Shown here: piece after piece, positions 39,590 through 54,735 of the stretch
Layout: every line of letters starts with the position of its first letter
Position numbering within the stretch: position 1 is the first letter of the stretch
Source of the DNA: Octopus sinensis
Lineage: Eukaryota
Assembly: GCF_006345805.1 (NCBI RefSeq)
Contig: NC_042997.1
Span: 121,954,001-122,018,000 of the forward strand
DNA length: 64,000 nucleotides
Direction: 5' to 3'
Notes under the pieces: model-generated
What the model was told of the DNA's origin: nothing
What the model saw: the letters and a program-made list of their open reading frames with translations, nothing else
Database searches by the model: none
Translations under genes and position numbers: made by a program

Positions 39590-40261
39590 ACTAGCACACA
39601 CACTTACTCAGACGCAATATGCACGGACTCACGCATATATTTGTGAAGTAAGGCATTGTTTACCGTTGTGCTATATGAATGAAATTATTGTTGTAATAAA
39701 ATTCAACAATGAGTTTTTGAATGAATGCATTCAGCTAATGTTTAACAAACTTATTATGCACAGACATACAATGTCACAAACACATAAACACTCACAGAGA
39801 TACATACATGCATTTACAAATATGCGTGCACGAGTGTGCCTGCGTATTCGTGTGGGCCTCTCCTGTTGTGTTTTTGTATGTATTGACGTGTGAATGCATA
39901 TGTTCGTGTACCTTCGTTTGACAACCAGTCTTCGTTTGTACAAGTCCGCAGCGGATGAATCCGGTAGAAAAACAATGGGATATTTGTGAGACACAGTAAG
40001 AGTTGGATTGAATGTATGTGCTTGTGTGTGTGTGTGCGTGTATTTGAGTGTGTGTACGCGCGCGTGTGTTGTAGAGTCAAAACTCAGCTTTGGTTTTCAC
40101 ATGAATCGGCTTGATTATATCAGTTTTTAAGCAAAGCGGTATGCCCAGGTTCATCTTAGACAAAATTTTCCTTTATGTATGTGTATTTATGCGTGTGCAT
40201 ATGTGTGCACGTATATATATATATATAGTAAATCCAAACAAAAAAAAAAGAACAAACACAA

Positions 40262-40440
40262 AAAAAAACAATAACGAGAGGACGTGGTACATGTAAAGTA
40301 TTAGCAGACGCTCAGGGAAGGAAATAAAGGTGATTTAACGTTTCGAGCAGAGCTCCGCTTCTGAAACAGACAAAATTCCAATAGAAAAATAAGACGGAGT
40401 AAGAAAATCGCCAACGATTCACATGAGGTTACATTTTGAA
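40262..40440 (-). mobile_element. Penelope-type repeat end with dead hammerhead; same family as 63565-63800
   Basis: aacgaggacgtgg...acgctcagg...aacgtttcgagc shared with 63590-63690 and 15345-15396. Confidence 0.65.
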
Positions 40441-41055
40441 ATATATATATATATATATTTATATATTTATATATATGTGTGTGTGTGTACAGAAACATAT
40501 GCATATTGTATTTTTCTGATATATATAGAGATATGTAAAAACAGTATTAAATTTAATGTTGCAAGGTAAAGATTGATGTAATAAAATAAACCTTCATGTT
40601 AGTTGCCTTTTGTCAGAGTAAAGAAACAGCCTAAGACTCAAAGTTAATGTGAACCTTCAATTTACACGCGCGTGCGCGAGCATAAACGCACTCATTTTAA
40701 CAACAGTGTGACTCAACTCCATGCGTCTTACAGTTTCGTCGGGTCATAGGAGGGACTCATCTACTTAAATATCTTTCCTCGATATCTGATGAGATGGTCA
40801 CTCATATGCACCCAAGAGTCATATGGAATTGAGTCAAATTGTTAAAACAGATGCAGAACGGAATTTTATCAGTGAACAGGTCGCAGTCTCAAAGCGACAA
40901 AAATATTTTGGCAAATTAAATTTAAATGTTGAAGTGAATCTAATGGTTTTTGTGAGTTTCTAAAACGGCTTATAAACACTTTCCACGCTGCAATTATTTT
41001 CATTGCAGCACATGATCTCAGACCAGGTCACTTGCTATGCAAGTACACATCCGTA

Positions 41056-41117
<62 letters not shown>

Positions 41118-42978
41118 ATATCATATCAAATGTAATGAATACCATCGTTTGTTTTGACACTCACTCGTATTTCTCTCCCCCCTCTCTCTCTTCTTGGAAT
41201 GCTTTCCTTTAGCTGACCAAATCTATGGAATTATGACCAGTTCCAGCTTTCAATAAAACACACACACACATATTAATATAAATTAATTTAAATTAATTTA
41301 AATCAGTTTATCATTAATCCATGAAATATTAGAAGTATGCTAGTAGTTGCTGGTTTTAAATTCTTGATGATCTGGGATAAATTGGTTTATATTAATTTAA
41401 TTTATAGACATATATGCTTAAACTTACACACACGTACATATATAAAATGAGCCTCCCACTTTACAACAATTTCTATTTCAACAAAAGTTAGTATCAAGAG
41501 CCTTGGGAAACCATTGCAAAAACTACTTCCCAAGAATTGGATAGTTAATATACATAAATAATTTTTCCATGAGCTTTGTCAATGTTTTCAAAATGCACTT
41601 CTTCTATGTAACGAAGTGTGGCCCTCTGGATATCATTGTAGTTTGGCCCCAGAACTCAGGTTAATACATGTTAATACAAACAAACGTTAGCCCAATCTAT
41701 ACTAGAAATGGTACATTTCAGCGAACATTCAGCATTCTAAGGCATCCAGGCACTGATTAGCCGACGTATTTATTCTAAGACAGTAATTGAGATGATGGAT
41801 GGGGGATGGATTTAGCCGCAAATTTAGCAGGTCTCGCAAACGCATCGATGCTTCCTCATTCGGTTTTCATGTAGAGGGTGTTATAACTTGGGCATAGTTA
41901 TAGTTTAAATGAACCTAAGAAATAAATAAATCAACTACATGTGTTTTGTCAATAATGTATGTAAGAAACAGAGGCAAAAAGGAGAAAGTAAAAATTTGTT
42001 CCTGATATTATTTATATAATGGCTACACTTTAACTATTCATAGGAATATTACACTTTTGTTCGTGATTCAGAAATTGTGGTTTAGATGTTGGTAACAGAA
42101 TGACTTGTTGTCTATGAGTCGTTAAGTAAAAACCAAAATGCTGTAAATATTAGGTCGACAATATTTCCTCGAACAATACATGCAAATCTTATACAAAAAT
42201 TTCATTACCGCAAATAGATGTCTAAGTCGAATTTTATTGGGAAGAATTCGATTAAGAAATCATGGCGAACAATAAGATTTGGTTTGTAAATGAACATAAA
42301 AAATAATCTGACGCTTTCTCGAACAATGTTCGCCGACTGAAATGATCACAAAAAGCACTTAATGATGTAGTATTCAATTTCTGCAGTCTTTGTCTGTAGA
42401 TGTATGAGTAAACGGCTATTCTAAATGCTATGGTTGCTATTTCTCTCCATCATGTTTTTAATTGAGTTTCGAATTGCGGAATCACTTTATTGACAGGATA
42501 TATTGCTGCAACCAATTTTAATTAATTGTTGAATGATGGTATCGATATATAAAAGACAATTTCTAAAAGCCAAATGAAAAATGAAGGCGGAATTAAAATG
42601 AGAATAAATGAGATTTCGTGGCGTCATACTGTCAAGAATATCTACTTATACGACACCCTCTAAGTGACTATCTACATTCTGTTGTTATTTGGCTTTCGGT
42701 CAACCCTAAGAAAGGCAGATCTATGACAATATCGGCTTTTTATATAATCAGGATCTATATTAACCAACGTAGACTTCGTTTTGAATGATAGGTCATTATG
42801 GTTTGGTTGTTATATGAAAGCATAAAGTGTTCCTTATCAGCCTTGTATAAAGAGTTTCTTTATTAACATAATTTTGATAAGCATGCTCTGCCGCCTTGAT
42901 CAACAACACCAAGTGACCTACGGATGCATGCATGAAAGTCATTCGGAATAGGCCGGTCATCTTCTCTGTGTGTTTGTG

Positions 42979-43015
<37 letters not shown>

Positions 43016-43129
43016 AGAGTTTACGAAAAAACAAAAGACGAAGACAGGTGGTGTACAAAACAAATAGATGTATTAGGATAACGCTCAGGAATAGAAAAAG
43101 AATTGTGTGTAATGGCTAACGATCTATCA

Positions 43130-43258
<129 letters not shown>

Positions 43259-43261
43259 CTC

Positions 43262-44280
43262 CTCCGCGAAAGACACATTTCTCAAACCCTCTCTATACAA
43301 TTTATTTCCGCTGTCCAGTGTGCACACTTTCCTCCTTACTTTCAACAAAAACAACATCCACTTATCCAGGCTGCCCAAACCTCTACGTCACGTCATACCT
43401 CCAAATACATCTGCTTCTTGTTTCCATCTCCGAAATGTTCGATCCACCAGCAGCACCTTTACCATATCTCCTCTTGAATTGAGGTCATATATCTCACTAA
43501 CACCGTGCCAGATGCCATCGTCTTCATTTGCTTCAATGCTCACGTCTTCATACGCTTCGCACACCCATCCTATACTTATGCCATTGTAGAAACCGAAAGT
43601 TTTGCTACCTTTAATTTCTTTACACAAATAGGCACCCACTATACAGTTGCTCTCTGTCTCATCTGAAAACCTTACGGCTAAGCCGCCACTATCTTCACAG
43701 TTTTTTGAGTTAACCAATTTAACCTCCTTGCAACTAACTCCTTGCAATCACATACTACACAGTACTCTCTTCCGTCTATCATTAGGGTTCCTCAAATTAG
43801 CCACCTGGTCGAAACTTTGCTAGTTTTAATCCAACTGTTTCTAATAACAAGCGTGTTTCACTCCTGACCCAACAGAAAATATCCTTATACGTACGTCCGT
43901 CCTTACTCAGCTTACAACAAATCAAAACCCCAAAAGTCTAATGAATGGGTTGTCTGAATCTCTTCAAATGTGCTGGTTCCTACCGTAATGCCTTCAATTC
44001 CTCGGAGATTGATGTATTGTACTTCCTTCACTAATGCATCCTCTCAGTTCCGTACAAACTATTCTATACTTTCCTTTCTATCTAGATCATAGGATACCTA
44101 GAGTATTCTACATGCCACTGTATATATTGCAGGCGTTGACTTACATCTATTTCAATGAAATACCAACGACACTAATCCCCCTGAGCTCCAAGGCCCTGCA
44201 AATGTCATGTCATTTCCCCGTTCTTCAAAACTCAGGACTACGTACATTCAATGGTATTCTAGAAAATATTTTTTTATTTC
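43262..44280 (-). mobile_element. RTE-clade LINE RT remnant
   Basis: Decayed GSGVKH (G.GVRQG-like) segment and a C-terminal W.LAR.......R...RW....W pattern across frameshifts. Confidence 0.55.
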
Positions 44281-45100
44281 CTTAGATTTTGAATATTGCG
44301 TGACATGAGGAAGGAAAGATATATACCCAGACGGGGGAAAATGTATAAGCTTGTTGTAAGATATAATCCATTCAAAATAATAGATTTCTTTAATAACTCA
44401 TATTTAGATTCAACAGAGCTTCTTAAATAAACTTAAGCATCAAATGTCTATTCATTCGATGTGGTTCTTGTTATTTAAATGACAGCATTGACAAAACAAG
44501 CAGTTAGCGCTGACATGTTCATAGATACTATCGTTCAGTATGACTTGGAAGCTTGCCAAGTTTAATATTTTTGGATGACGAGGGTAGCACTTATCATCTG
44601 AAAAGTTTGTAGCTAAACATTCGAAATAGCATTTGTAAAACTTTGTAATATAATTGCTTCACAATGTTTCCATGTTACAATTGGGAATTTCATCTTTCTT
44701 ATGCATTTGTATGCATAATGTTCTTAATTTTGAAGTTTAACATTAAAGGAATGCATCATAAATTATTTGCTTCACTATGTCTTTATTTATTCTTCAGCAA
44801 ACGTGGTTTCATTTCAGTATGAGGGTTATAAATGTGTTTTCTTCCAGAATTCAGTTTTGCATGCATTAATTTTTTTGAAATCTAAAATTTTTAAACATCC
44901 TTTGTAGAAATCTTGAATATTTCAACAGTCAACCAAAGTCCAACTTAAAAGTGGAACTTGAATTTGCATCACATGATGTTGAACAGCAGCCCTAAGTACT
45001 TCAATTCAGTTACCACATGTGATAAGAGGCAGGAGACTGAATTGGATGCTATGATTATAGGTGGTGACAAAAAAATGCGCTAGCTTCTGCATTGTAATAA

Positions 45101-45330
45101 GTTTCTTTATTACTCACAAGGAGCTAAACATAGAGGGGACAAACAAGGACAGACAAACAGATTAAGTCGATTACATCTACCCCAGTGCGTGACTGGTACT
45201 TAATTTATCGACCCCGAAAGGATGATAGGCTAAATCGACCTCGGCGGAATTTGAACTCAGAACGTAACGGCAGACGAAATACGGCTACGCATTTCGCCCG
45301 GCGTGCTAACAATTCTGCCAGCTCGCCGCC
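45101..45330 (-). mobile_element. SINE family B, full length, with 14-bp TSD
   Basis: TSD ttctg(c/t)attgtaat at 45085-45098 and 45331-45344. Confidence 0.92.
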
Positions 45331-47132
45331 TTCTGTATTGTAATCTTAGAAGTGGAGACGTTAGCAGAAAGGCCAAATTTACTTTAGTCCTGAATGTTGG
45401 ATGTTGACCGTAAGAGTATGATTATGATAACAAGTGGCTGAAATGTGTTCCTCCGAAGGATCTTTGGAAAAACGTCACTCGATAGTGTGGCGTATCGCGG
45501 TGATCTGGAACTTTCTCCACGTCGTGCTGCTGCTTCAACGCATTGGGGAGTCGCAGCTCCAGCGCTACTGACAAGTGATTAGAATGTTGTAGAAAAGAAT
45601 CCAAAGACGGATACTTAAAACCAAGCCAACCGGCAGAACAAAAATGTGGCAGTTGGATAACATAGCCCCTGTTGGTCACGCTTGGATTGCTTCCATAAAA
45701 TCTAACGAACTTTGCTTTTGATAGGACCTCATGAAGGAGTTGTCGGAGGATTCTTCCACAACAATCATAAGATTAGTGGGCGGAGAAGATGGATGAAAGA
45801 AGTTAAATATTTGGGAAATATTTTAAAATTTACAGCTTCTAAAGTCATTTAATCATTTTATTTTCAAGGTTTCATTTGTTAAACGAGTGTCAATGTAATA
45901 GAACATATATTTCAATTGCATAATGCTAGTGCTAAAGTTGATTTGTGGTTTGTAATTTCTTTTCCAGTTACTTCGTCTAAAGTATAGTATTTATTATTCG
46001 TTTCAATACTGATATATCATTATGGCTGATGTTCTTGCTGAAAAGCATTTTCAGAGCACTTTTACTTATTGTTTTAAGAGCATTTTTAAATGTTGATGTC
46101 ATATAAAAGAATGTCGATTTGCCAGTCACAAATTTTATATCAATTCAGGTGTATTTTGAAATTTCTACACACACACACACACACACAATATCTCTCGCTC
46201 GCTCGCACTTGCGTGCATGTATATTTAGTTATAAATCAATACGAACATACTCTAGCTAACAACCCAACGGTTTGTGACAATGCACTTATTCATGTTGCAT
46301 ATTGTCATGTGTAATATAATTTATATCAGAGTATTTCCAGAATAAAAATGTGTTCAATTTGTTTGCTTCTGTGAAGGCGATAAGTGTGGGCTGTTTTCTC
46401 TTGACTGTCTCGTGGTTGATGACATTTTAAAGTGAAGAGCGTGATGGCAGTTACGTAAAGGTGAAACGTTACAATAAAAAAATGAGAGAATCGGAAAAAT
46501 GGAAAACTAAAAGAGATGATGATCAAAGAAAATCCAATGAGAAGCACTTTTAAATGCCCAATGTATTTCTGAGGTTTTAATTTAGTGACTGTGATGCGTC
46601 CTAATTTCGTAAAACTGTTCCTCAAATGTGTGCACGTATATTTCTGAGTTGGTTTACTTAAACAGAACTTTTCATTATGCGAGTTTCGGGAGACGTTTCT
46701 CTGATGCAGGTAGTTTTCATCGTAGCCTTCTATTTCTGAAGGGTTCAGAGCTTTCGATAATTTTAGCATGCATTCGAACTACACACGCTTTAGTTCTAAC
46801 TTTCTCACTCCTCAGGTCTAAATGAGTGTCAAGACCTGAAATTCATCGCAAGTTTTCAGCTCAATGCGGGGACAGCATGCCAACTATTTTTTTCCCACTA
46901 CAATTTTAATCTTTATACTCTCCAACGGAGTTGACTGTTCTTTAATAAATCAAGCTGTTCTTGAAAAAAAAAGAGATTTAACGAGATATATACAGGGTAC
47001 ATGAGCGCCCTGTATATATTAACATTTAGAACGACAGTGATTTTGAAGTGTAGCCTTCTCCATTACTAGACTGTCTGTTATCGGGTTTTAAGCCCACCAC
47101 TTGTAGCAAATAACATTGTGCACTATATATAT

Positions 47133-47322
47133 ATATAGAAGAAAGAGTGAGAGAAAGTTGTGGTGAAAGAGTACAGCAGGAATCACCTCCCCCCCTGCCT
47201 GAGCCTTGTGGAGCTTTAGGTGTTTTCGCGCTCAATAAACACTCACAACGTCCGGTCTGTGAATCGAAACAGCGATCCTACGTCCGCGAGTCCGCTGCCC
47301 TAACCATTGGGCCATTGCGCCC
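47133..47322 (-). mobile_element. SINE family C, 5' half
   Basis: gagtgagagaaagttgtggtgaaagagtacagc...gagtccgctgccctaaccattgggccattgcg. Confidence 0.85.
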
Positions 47323-47326
47323 CCCC

Positions 47327-47378
<52 letters not shown>

Positions 47379-47604
47379 TCTGTGTGTATTATTTTAAATA
47401 TACGTATATTCATTTATATTATAAAGGGAGAATTCAGGTAACTTCAAAAATTATAGATTAGTAGATCCAAACTTAGATGTCAGACGTCTAACCACCCAAA
47501 TACTTGTATTGCACCCCATAACTCAAAAACCCATACTAGTTATAACAAAAACGATATACCTCCTCCCAGTTGAGGGCACTCTGATATCTGTTAAAAGAAA
47601 GATA

Positions 47605-47998
47605 TGTAATTGTCGCATCCCGGACTCATGCCCACTTGCTGGAATGTCTGCGCAGCAATGTAGTTTGTAAGGGCTGTGGAGAGATTCTTTCCACATAGAG
47701 GGTAAAGGTTCATTTAGGAATTACTATTGATTTTAAGCGTCACTATAGGTCTCATATGAATTCTTTTACTAACTTAAAATAGAAATTCATAACAACGCTT
47801 GCGACATATATGCACGAACTTAAGATAATGAATATATAATATTCATTATATTTTTCAATAATAGTAGAAGCCCCTCGGTGTAATGCAATTAAGCGTGTAT
47901 GTAAATTATGTATTAAAGAATCTATAAATATTCTCCGTTAATATAACTCTACATTATTGAATAAGTTCCCGGATGTTATGTACTCTTGTAATCATAGA
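47605..47998 (+). pseudogene. Penelope-like element GIY-YIG endonuclease remnant
   Basis: CNCRIPDSCPL.G.CLRSNVV.K...HLGIT..FKRHYRSH.NSF...CKLCIKE...LLNK...CNHR, with frameshifts and stops. Confidence 0.7.
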
Positions 47999-50149
47999 TA
48001 CTATTCAACATTTAAGCATTTTGGTCAGTCTGGATAGAATAATTTAACTCTATAATTAGTTACATTCCACCTAATATTTATAGTCGCACCCTTTCACCTT
48101 TCGCTTCGTGAATAATTACTTGCTTGTAATCTATCATATTTTCTAAATTTACTTCCCATAATTCTTGCTATAGTATTCCCTCTCCCTGCTAACACGTACA
48201 GCTCTTTATAAAACTAAACACACACGTACATATTATGACAGTCTATGAGATGTGAATCCTTAACTAAAACGTTCTCCATGACGAAGGAGGTAGTGTCTAT
48301 AATTTGGATAGGAAAATCCTTTATTTGCATAGAATGCTGTAACCTTGAAACGACCGTCAGTGTATAACCACTCAATTCTTGAAATTGGAGTACCTCCATC
48401 TAAATTTTGGAAACTTTTACTTTCATATGGATGTTTACATATTTCTTTATTTGCCTTTTCGGAGGATTTAGACTTTTAATATTTTTATATAACTTTTTAA
48501 CAACGCTGTTAATCTGTAAGTAGGACGTCTTCAACATATACCTTTTCAGATGAAAATAAATTTTTATACATCTATATAGTTCTTCTACCATATATGACTA
48601 TTATATTTTCAAATATTTATGTATCTGTAAATTTTTTATATTTTGGTGTTATTCCTAAGCTCTTACATCGCTGTCTGTGTAATTAACAAAAAATATATAT
48701 ATATATTAATATATCACATACATTAAGTTATATGTATATATGCACGTGTGTATATTACGAGCTGTGTGCATAAACTCTAGTAACAGAGTCTTTATATTAT
48801 CACTGAAACGACTTGATATAGCAATTAATTTCTCCTAAAAATAAACACTAACGTAAAATCTGATAAGGAACACATAGAGTACTTCTAACCAAAGTACACT
48901 CTCTCGAAATAAATAAATGAGGTGGTAGAAATGGAATTCAACAAGACGAGTAAAAATTTTTTGTTGTGTAGTTAAGAGTTGTGTAGTTGTGTAGTTAAGA
49001 GGACTTACGATTTGAAACTATGCCCTTAGAGAGAAACAGTGCTTCACGAAAATACACCTAACATATACTGTTTAATTCGTGTCGTTTACAAAACCCAGTA
49101 AAAAATTTCAATAGTAAAAATAAAAGTCACGAAAAGCGTTCAATCATTTCCCACATGTTTTCACGCATGCTTCCCAATCATGGTTGTGTAAGTTTATCTA
49201 TTAGATTCATATTGGTTGCGTGACTCGAAGTTTTCATTGTACCATTTTAACCGAGATAAATAGATAAAAATACATTGTAAAGAAATATCAGATACATGAA
49301 AACGGAAAACAAATCTATGTAATTCTAGAATAGTCTGAAAAACATTTCTGAACAATATTTCTGCCTCACTACACATCAAACCAAATTTTCGTTCCTCTCG
49401 CTAAGCATTCCAGTGGGAAAGGGACTCGCTAAAGGGAAAAGGAAAAAAATATCTAACTCAGCGGGGGGTATAGAATGGAAGAGATATTGGAAACAAAATT
49501 ACTTTGTAAAAATGATATAAGTTGTTTTTTTTTAACATCCCACTAGTATTCTGCACGTTTAGTTTGTAAATTTCTTCCTTCATTCTGACATTCTATACGT
49601 TTTCTATACGTATTTATATACGTATTTTACTAAACGTATTTTACTAAACCACATTGAAAAATACACGGACGACATTTTAGTTATTCAGCAGCAATGGCGC
49701 ATGCACGAATGTGAGTGCTTATACGTGTCTATTAAAAATAATAAGATGTATAAGGGATCAAATGATTGATTTTTTTCTGAAACATATTTAAGATTTCCAG
49801 TTCAAATGCTTTCTATTATACCGTCATTGATGTTAGGAACATACATAACTACGTGACTTTGTGATTAATTAAATAAGTGATGTTTTATTGGCTCTCTTCA
49901 TAATGACTGGTGTAATGAAAAAGCCAAACTTCTGAAACACGCATTTCATCATTTCTTGATGAAGCTGTTTTCATTCAGCATTGATTCCGAAGCCCACAGG
50001 AATTGCCAATCTGTCAATCTCTAATATAAACAGATTTTGTGCTCAAACAAAGTAAAAGATCCGTATTACATAATTGTGTTTGGTGAACCATGGAAAATAG
50101 AAATAACCACATTTTAGCACAAATCATGACTGTGTTGCAATACTTATTT

Positions 50150-50600
50150 AAATCACTACGATATTTTAATTTAGAAATGGGTTGACCCTTGCGTACACAT
50201 TTGTGTCAATAAACGTATTTAACTGACGACACTGCTAGAGATTGTTCTTTATGACTTCATGTGAACGAACAACAGTAATAGCTAACTGGCAAATCATGTA
50301 ATGATATTTGTATATATTTCATCTTGATATTGGCAGATCTTCTTGCGAAATATTTATTGATGATTTTTCGGAACACTCTTTCTGAGTAAGGTATATTCAA
50401 GGTTTTTCTGCTTCCAGTTCGGAAATAGTCATACTTTTCCGTTGCAGTGTTTTGGAATCAAGCTATTCACGAAGGAATATACAGTTGCAAATCAACATCA
50501 TTAATATACTCATCAATTCATAGCTGTACAGTTGGACCTTACAATATCCCCAAAAGAGAATCATCTAGTGCCTTCCAATACATATATGTTCATAGGCTCC
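50150..50600 (-). pseudogene. Possible hAT transposase relic
   Basis: QL*IDEYIND..LQL...SERVFRKIINKYF loosely resembles L.LDESTD...QL...TGE.IF..I..YF. Multiple stops. Confidence 0.3.
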
Positions 50601-50774
50601 TTCATGGAGGCTTTGGGCGAAATTGCTACCATAATAGAAAAAGATAGTGCTGCATAATATAGTGTTCATAATATAGATGCTTTCAATCTAAAGCTAATTG
50701 TACGTCAGGACTGTGGCGTCAAACGAGATGAGGTGAAAAGTAACTTAGTTCAAATAAACAATAAACACTATATC

Positions 50775-50820
<46 letters not shown>

Positions 50821-50929
50821 ATAATCTCAGTGGTTGAAAAATAAAAATGGACATAAATATATAGATCTTAAAATACCAGGGCGTTCAGCACAAAAAACCG
50901 AAGGTATAAGAATATATTTATAAATATAT

Positions 50930-50981
<52 letters not shown>

Positions 50982-51263
50982 TATAAAGGCGTGTGAAAAA
51001 CCTGTAAAGAACTATGCGTATAAAAGCGTATGAAGAAAACACCCGAAGAAAATATGAATGTATATATAGTAAGCCGATTAAAACTTTAAAATAATATAAG
51101 ATAGTTAAACAATAAAGGTAAAAGGAATCCAGAAAAATGTCCAACGTAAAGTGCAAGAAGGAATTCAAATCTCCGGCAGTTTCAGGAGCCAATGCCACAA
51201 TCCATTAACACATTAAAACAACAAATCGTGAATAGCCCCTTATATATATAATATATATATATA

Positions 51264-51308
<45 letters not shown>

Positions 51309-51803
51309 CTCTCTTCTTTAGTAGTGGATATTAAGCAACACACATGTATCTGCGTGTGCGTGTACGAAAAAGAGGGAGTGAGAGGTGTCGAATTAAATTC
51401 TGTCTCGATCTTATGAGGTCATTCAGTCCGGACTTAGCCTCGGGCTCCATGGCATTTCAGCAGCTGAGAATATAAGACTGTTTTAAGAATCACACACCAA
51501 ATTATTGTAGGATTAAGCAAATCAGCTATCACTGGTGCACAGCTTTAGAAGATTAGACTAAAACAATGTGAAATGAAATGCCTTTTCTCTATGAGGCAAC
51601 ACGCGAACCGGTTCCAGAATCATGATATAACGAGCTTGAATTGAATACCAAACCACTGAACCACGCAACTTCACGCATGCGCGTACACACAATATTGCAC
51701 ACATTGCATGAGTGTGTGACACCTTGGGTTAGTGTCTTGCACTAAAGCCCCGCGCTGACTTGCGTGTGGATTTGACAGATGAAAGAAAACTCCCATAAAT
51801 ATC

Positions 51804-51847
<44 letters not shown>

Positions 51848-54735
51848 TTTGCTCCACACATTAGTGTATTTGTCAGTTACTTATTCTATGACTTCTTCAA
51901 CGACTTTCTGTCTCATGTCTTTTCAATGGTTTTGTCCTGCTTATTGAATTTTATCTGTCTGTGATATGTATCCCTATCTGCGCATACATTTACGTCTGTA
52001 TCTATGTATTTGTGTGTTTGCCTATGTGTGCGTGTCTAGTGTATGTGTATATGGGTTTGTATATTACACTGTTTCTACCCGTATCTTATATTCATTTATG
52101 CTTTTCTTTCTCATTCTTTCTTTAATCGTGAGATTGCGTATTGTGGAAGTTTGAGAAGCCAGTGGAGTGGAGGAGATTAATCTATTCATGTTTTCTTTTG
52201 TGGCTCGATATATATCATATCATATATGCGGCCTCCGTAATCTGTTTGTGTCGTATCTGTTTCATGTGCCAGGAAGTTCGTAAAATCTATGTTATCAATC
52301 GAACCTCAATGTTGTGATGGAGTATACTGATAGAGAGCGCCGATGCATTTTCTTCCCCCACCTTTCAGTTACCGCCAGTGTACACTTATCCTTTCGCCTG
52401 TGCTAAGCGCTGTCTCCCCAATACACGTCGTTGTTCTGTTTCTCCACCGTCCTTAACACCTTATACTATAGACTACTGAGTAACAATCATCTAAGTTTCT
52501 ACATTTTTCCCTATTTATGCTTCTGTTTCTCGTTCTTATTTACTTTATCTCCACCTAGATTTAAATAAATTATATACATCTATCGTTACTCGACGCGCCT
52601 CGTGTTACAGCAAATATTCAATAATGTTGTGTAGGACTGTGTAATAGTTATTAGGTAGACACTACAATCAATACAAGAGGCCAGAAGTAGGAAGAGCATG
52701 GCAGCTAAAGTGTAATTTTGAAATTGGTCATTCTGATATTAATAAGAAGCGGAACATGTCCACTTCCTTTAATTTTTTCATATGGTGAAGAAACTATAAA
52801 ATGTGTTGAAGACTCAATTTAATATTTTTTTCTTTTAATTTTCGATTCCAAATTTGCATAACACTCTTCCGTTACATTATCCTTTAGTCTTATTTAAATG
52901 CAATCATATAATGCTGCTAAATTCATTTCTCATTTTTTTACGACCTAACATAAAATTTATTAAAAAGAAAGGTCACCCTACTTGTCCTTGATCAGGGCAA
53001 ATGATATGATGAAAGAATAATGTGAAAGTTTGTCATTAAATTTTATAATTTCATTAAAGTATTTATATTTTTGTTGGAGAGTAACATCGTGAAAATTATG
53101 TGATATTCAGCAGCATATTTTTTCTCTGGTTTGGTCTTGCTTTTTATTATTTTTTTTCAGTCTTCACTTTGTAAATTTATTATGTGCATAATTTTATTAT
53201 TCTCCCCGTGAGGCCATTTTTGAGAATTTACAACCTACAACTAAACGCCATTGCTTTATAACAAAATTCCTTTTAATTTCAGCATTTTCAATATGAGTGA
53301 CGGTGTTATTAACAGCTAGCGCTTTTGATTTAATTTCTTTTTTATTTTAAAATCAATTAAAACACACCATTAAGATTTGTTTTGTTTCTTCATCCTTTAT
53401 AAACAGTCTCGAAATGAGGGTGGTTTTAAGGTTATGATTACTAAAATCATAAAGAGAAGAACCAACTTCTGCAAGAGGAAACTAATGAGCAGCTATTATT
53501 TGAAGTCTATTTGTCAAGTTCGTTTTGTTTTATTTGGCAAAAAACAAAAAAAAAACATTAATGACAAACAGTGAACATCATTACGTAGCTGACTTTGCAA
53601 ATCAGTACTAAAATCCACCGACAAATCACCAAAGTACTATTCTCAGTAGTTTCCCTAGATATAATGAACACAAGAAAATATTATTGATTTAATTGTTAGT
53701 AATATGAAGCGGCGTAATCAGCTTGCTCTCTAAGGCCCTGTATTCAACTGACACGAGAAGTCTACACTTAGTTACAGGAAATAAATCACTCGTTAATGTC
53801 GTACCATTAAAAAAATGAACACTTGGCCCCAAACAAATAATGAAAATCGGAAAGGGTGTTATTCACACAGACATGGTTCTCTTAGTACACGATTTATGGG
53901 ACAGGCAAGACCAACAGATTTAACTCACCTTTCTTCTCAACTGCAACTTCACAGACTTTAATGTATAGTCAGTTCTAGTGCTTAAAACAATCACAGATCA
54001 AAACAGAAACCCCCAAAGAAAGTATAAACAAGAGAACACATATAGCCACAAGCTAACACTATATTCTACAAAGTATGGTGTATAATGTGCAATTCCATAC
54101 TAAACTCTACTTTAAAGAACTGCTTGAATTGTCTCGTTTAAATTTCAATAAGACAGATTCACATAGTGGTTGGAATAATGAAATAAATAAGTAAACTTAA
54201 TTTTCTTTAGCACATATAACTTTCTACTTGATTCAAAATCGTTTGAGCACTGACATTTCTACGATGTTAGTTACATCAAATATATTAATACTAACTTTCA
54301 CATTTGATACTGTCTGATTTGTTATCTTTTGGATGATGCTGCCAAATAGATTGTTGTTTATGCCAATTAGACACAGCAGAGAGATTTTAGTTTCTGGTAA
54401 TTAGAGAGATTCATCTGACAGCTCCATAACGAACGTGTTTTGGGCTGTCAATGCTTTTCTAAAGGTTAGTAACTGACCAACACCAATTTGATTGTCATAA
54501 AACATGTCAACAGGCGGTCTATTCATACGTCTAGTCATTTCTTCTGTTGAAATTTGAAAATTTCATATTTTATGTCAGATACAAAATAACTTTTTTCTGA
54601 TTGGAATATTACGTAAAATCGTGTCTGCTTTTTTCAACGTTATTAACTTTCAAAACATAAAATGATATTAAACATCCTGAAATAACATTTGCTTGGTTTA
54701 CAAACTAATCGGTTAAATTCTAGATTAATATATCA

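Noticed and set aside
42310-42450. Minus-strand frame IAFRIAV...SAFCDHFSR resembling GluA AFR...AFCSQFSR
   Set aside because: There is an in-frame stop just upstream, no usable acceptor or donor, the spacing is too short, and the true C-containing segment is already in the 30645 exon. Treated as chance.
53931-54060. Strong minus-strand donor AAG|gtgagt with a hydrophobic upstream frame
   Set aside because: All frames contain stops before the donor. A non-coding exon cannot be excluded but is unsupported.
54380-54640. Possible piggyBac transposase relic on the minus strand
   Set aside because: Similarity is too vague to support by eye.
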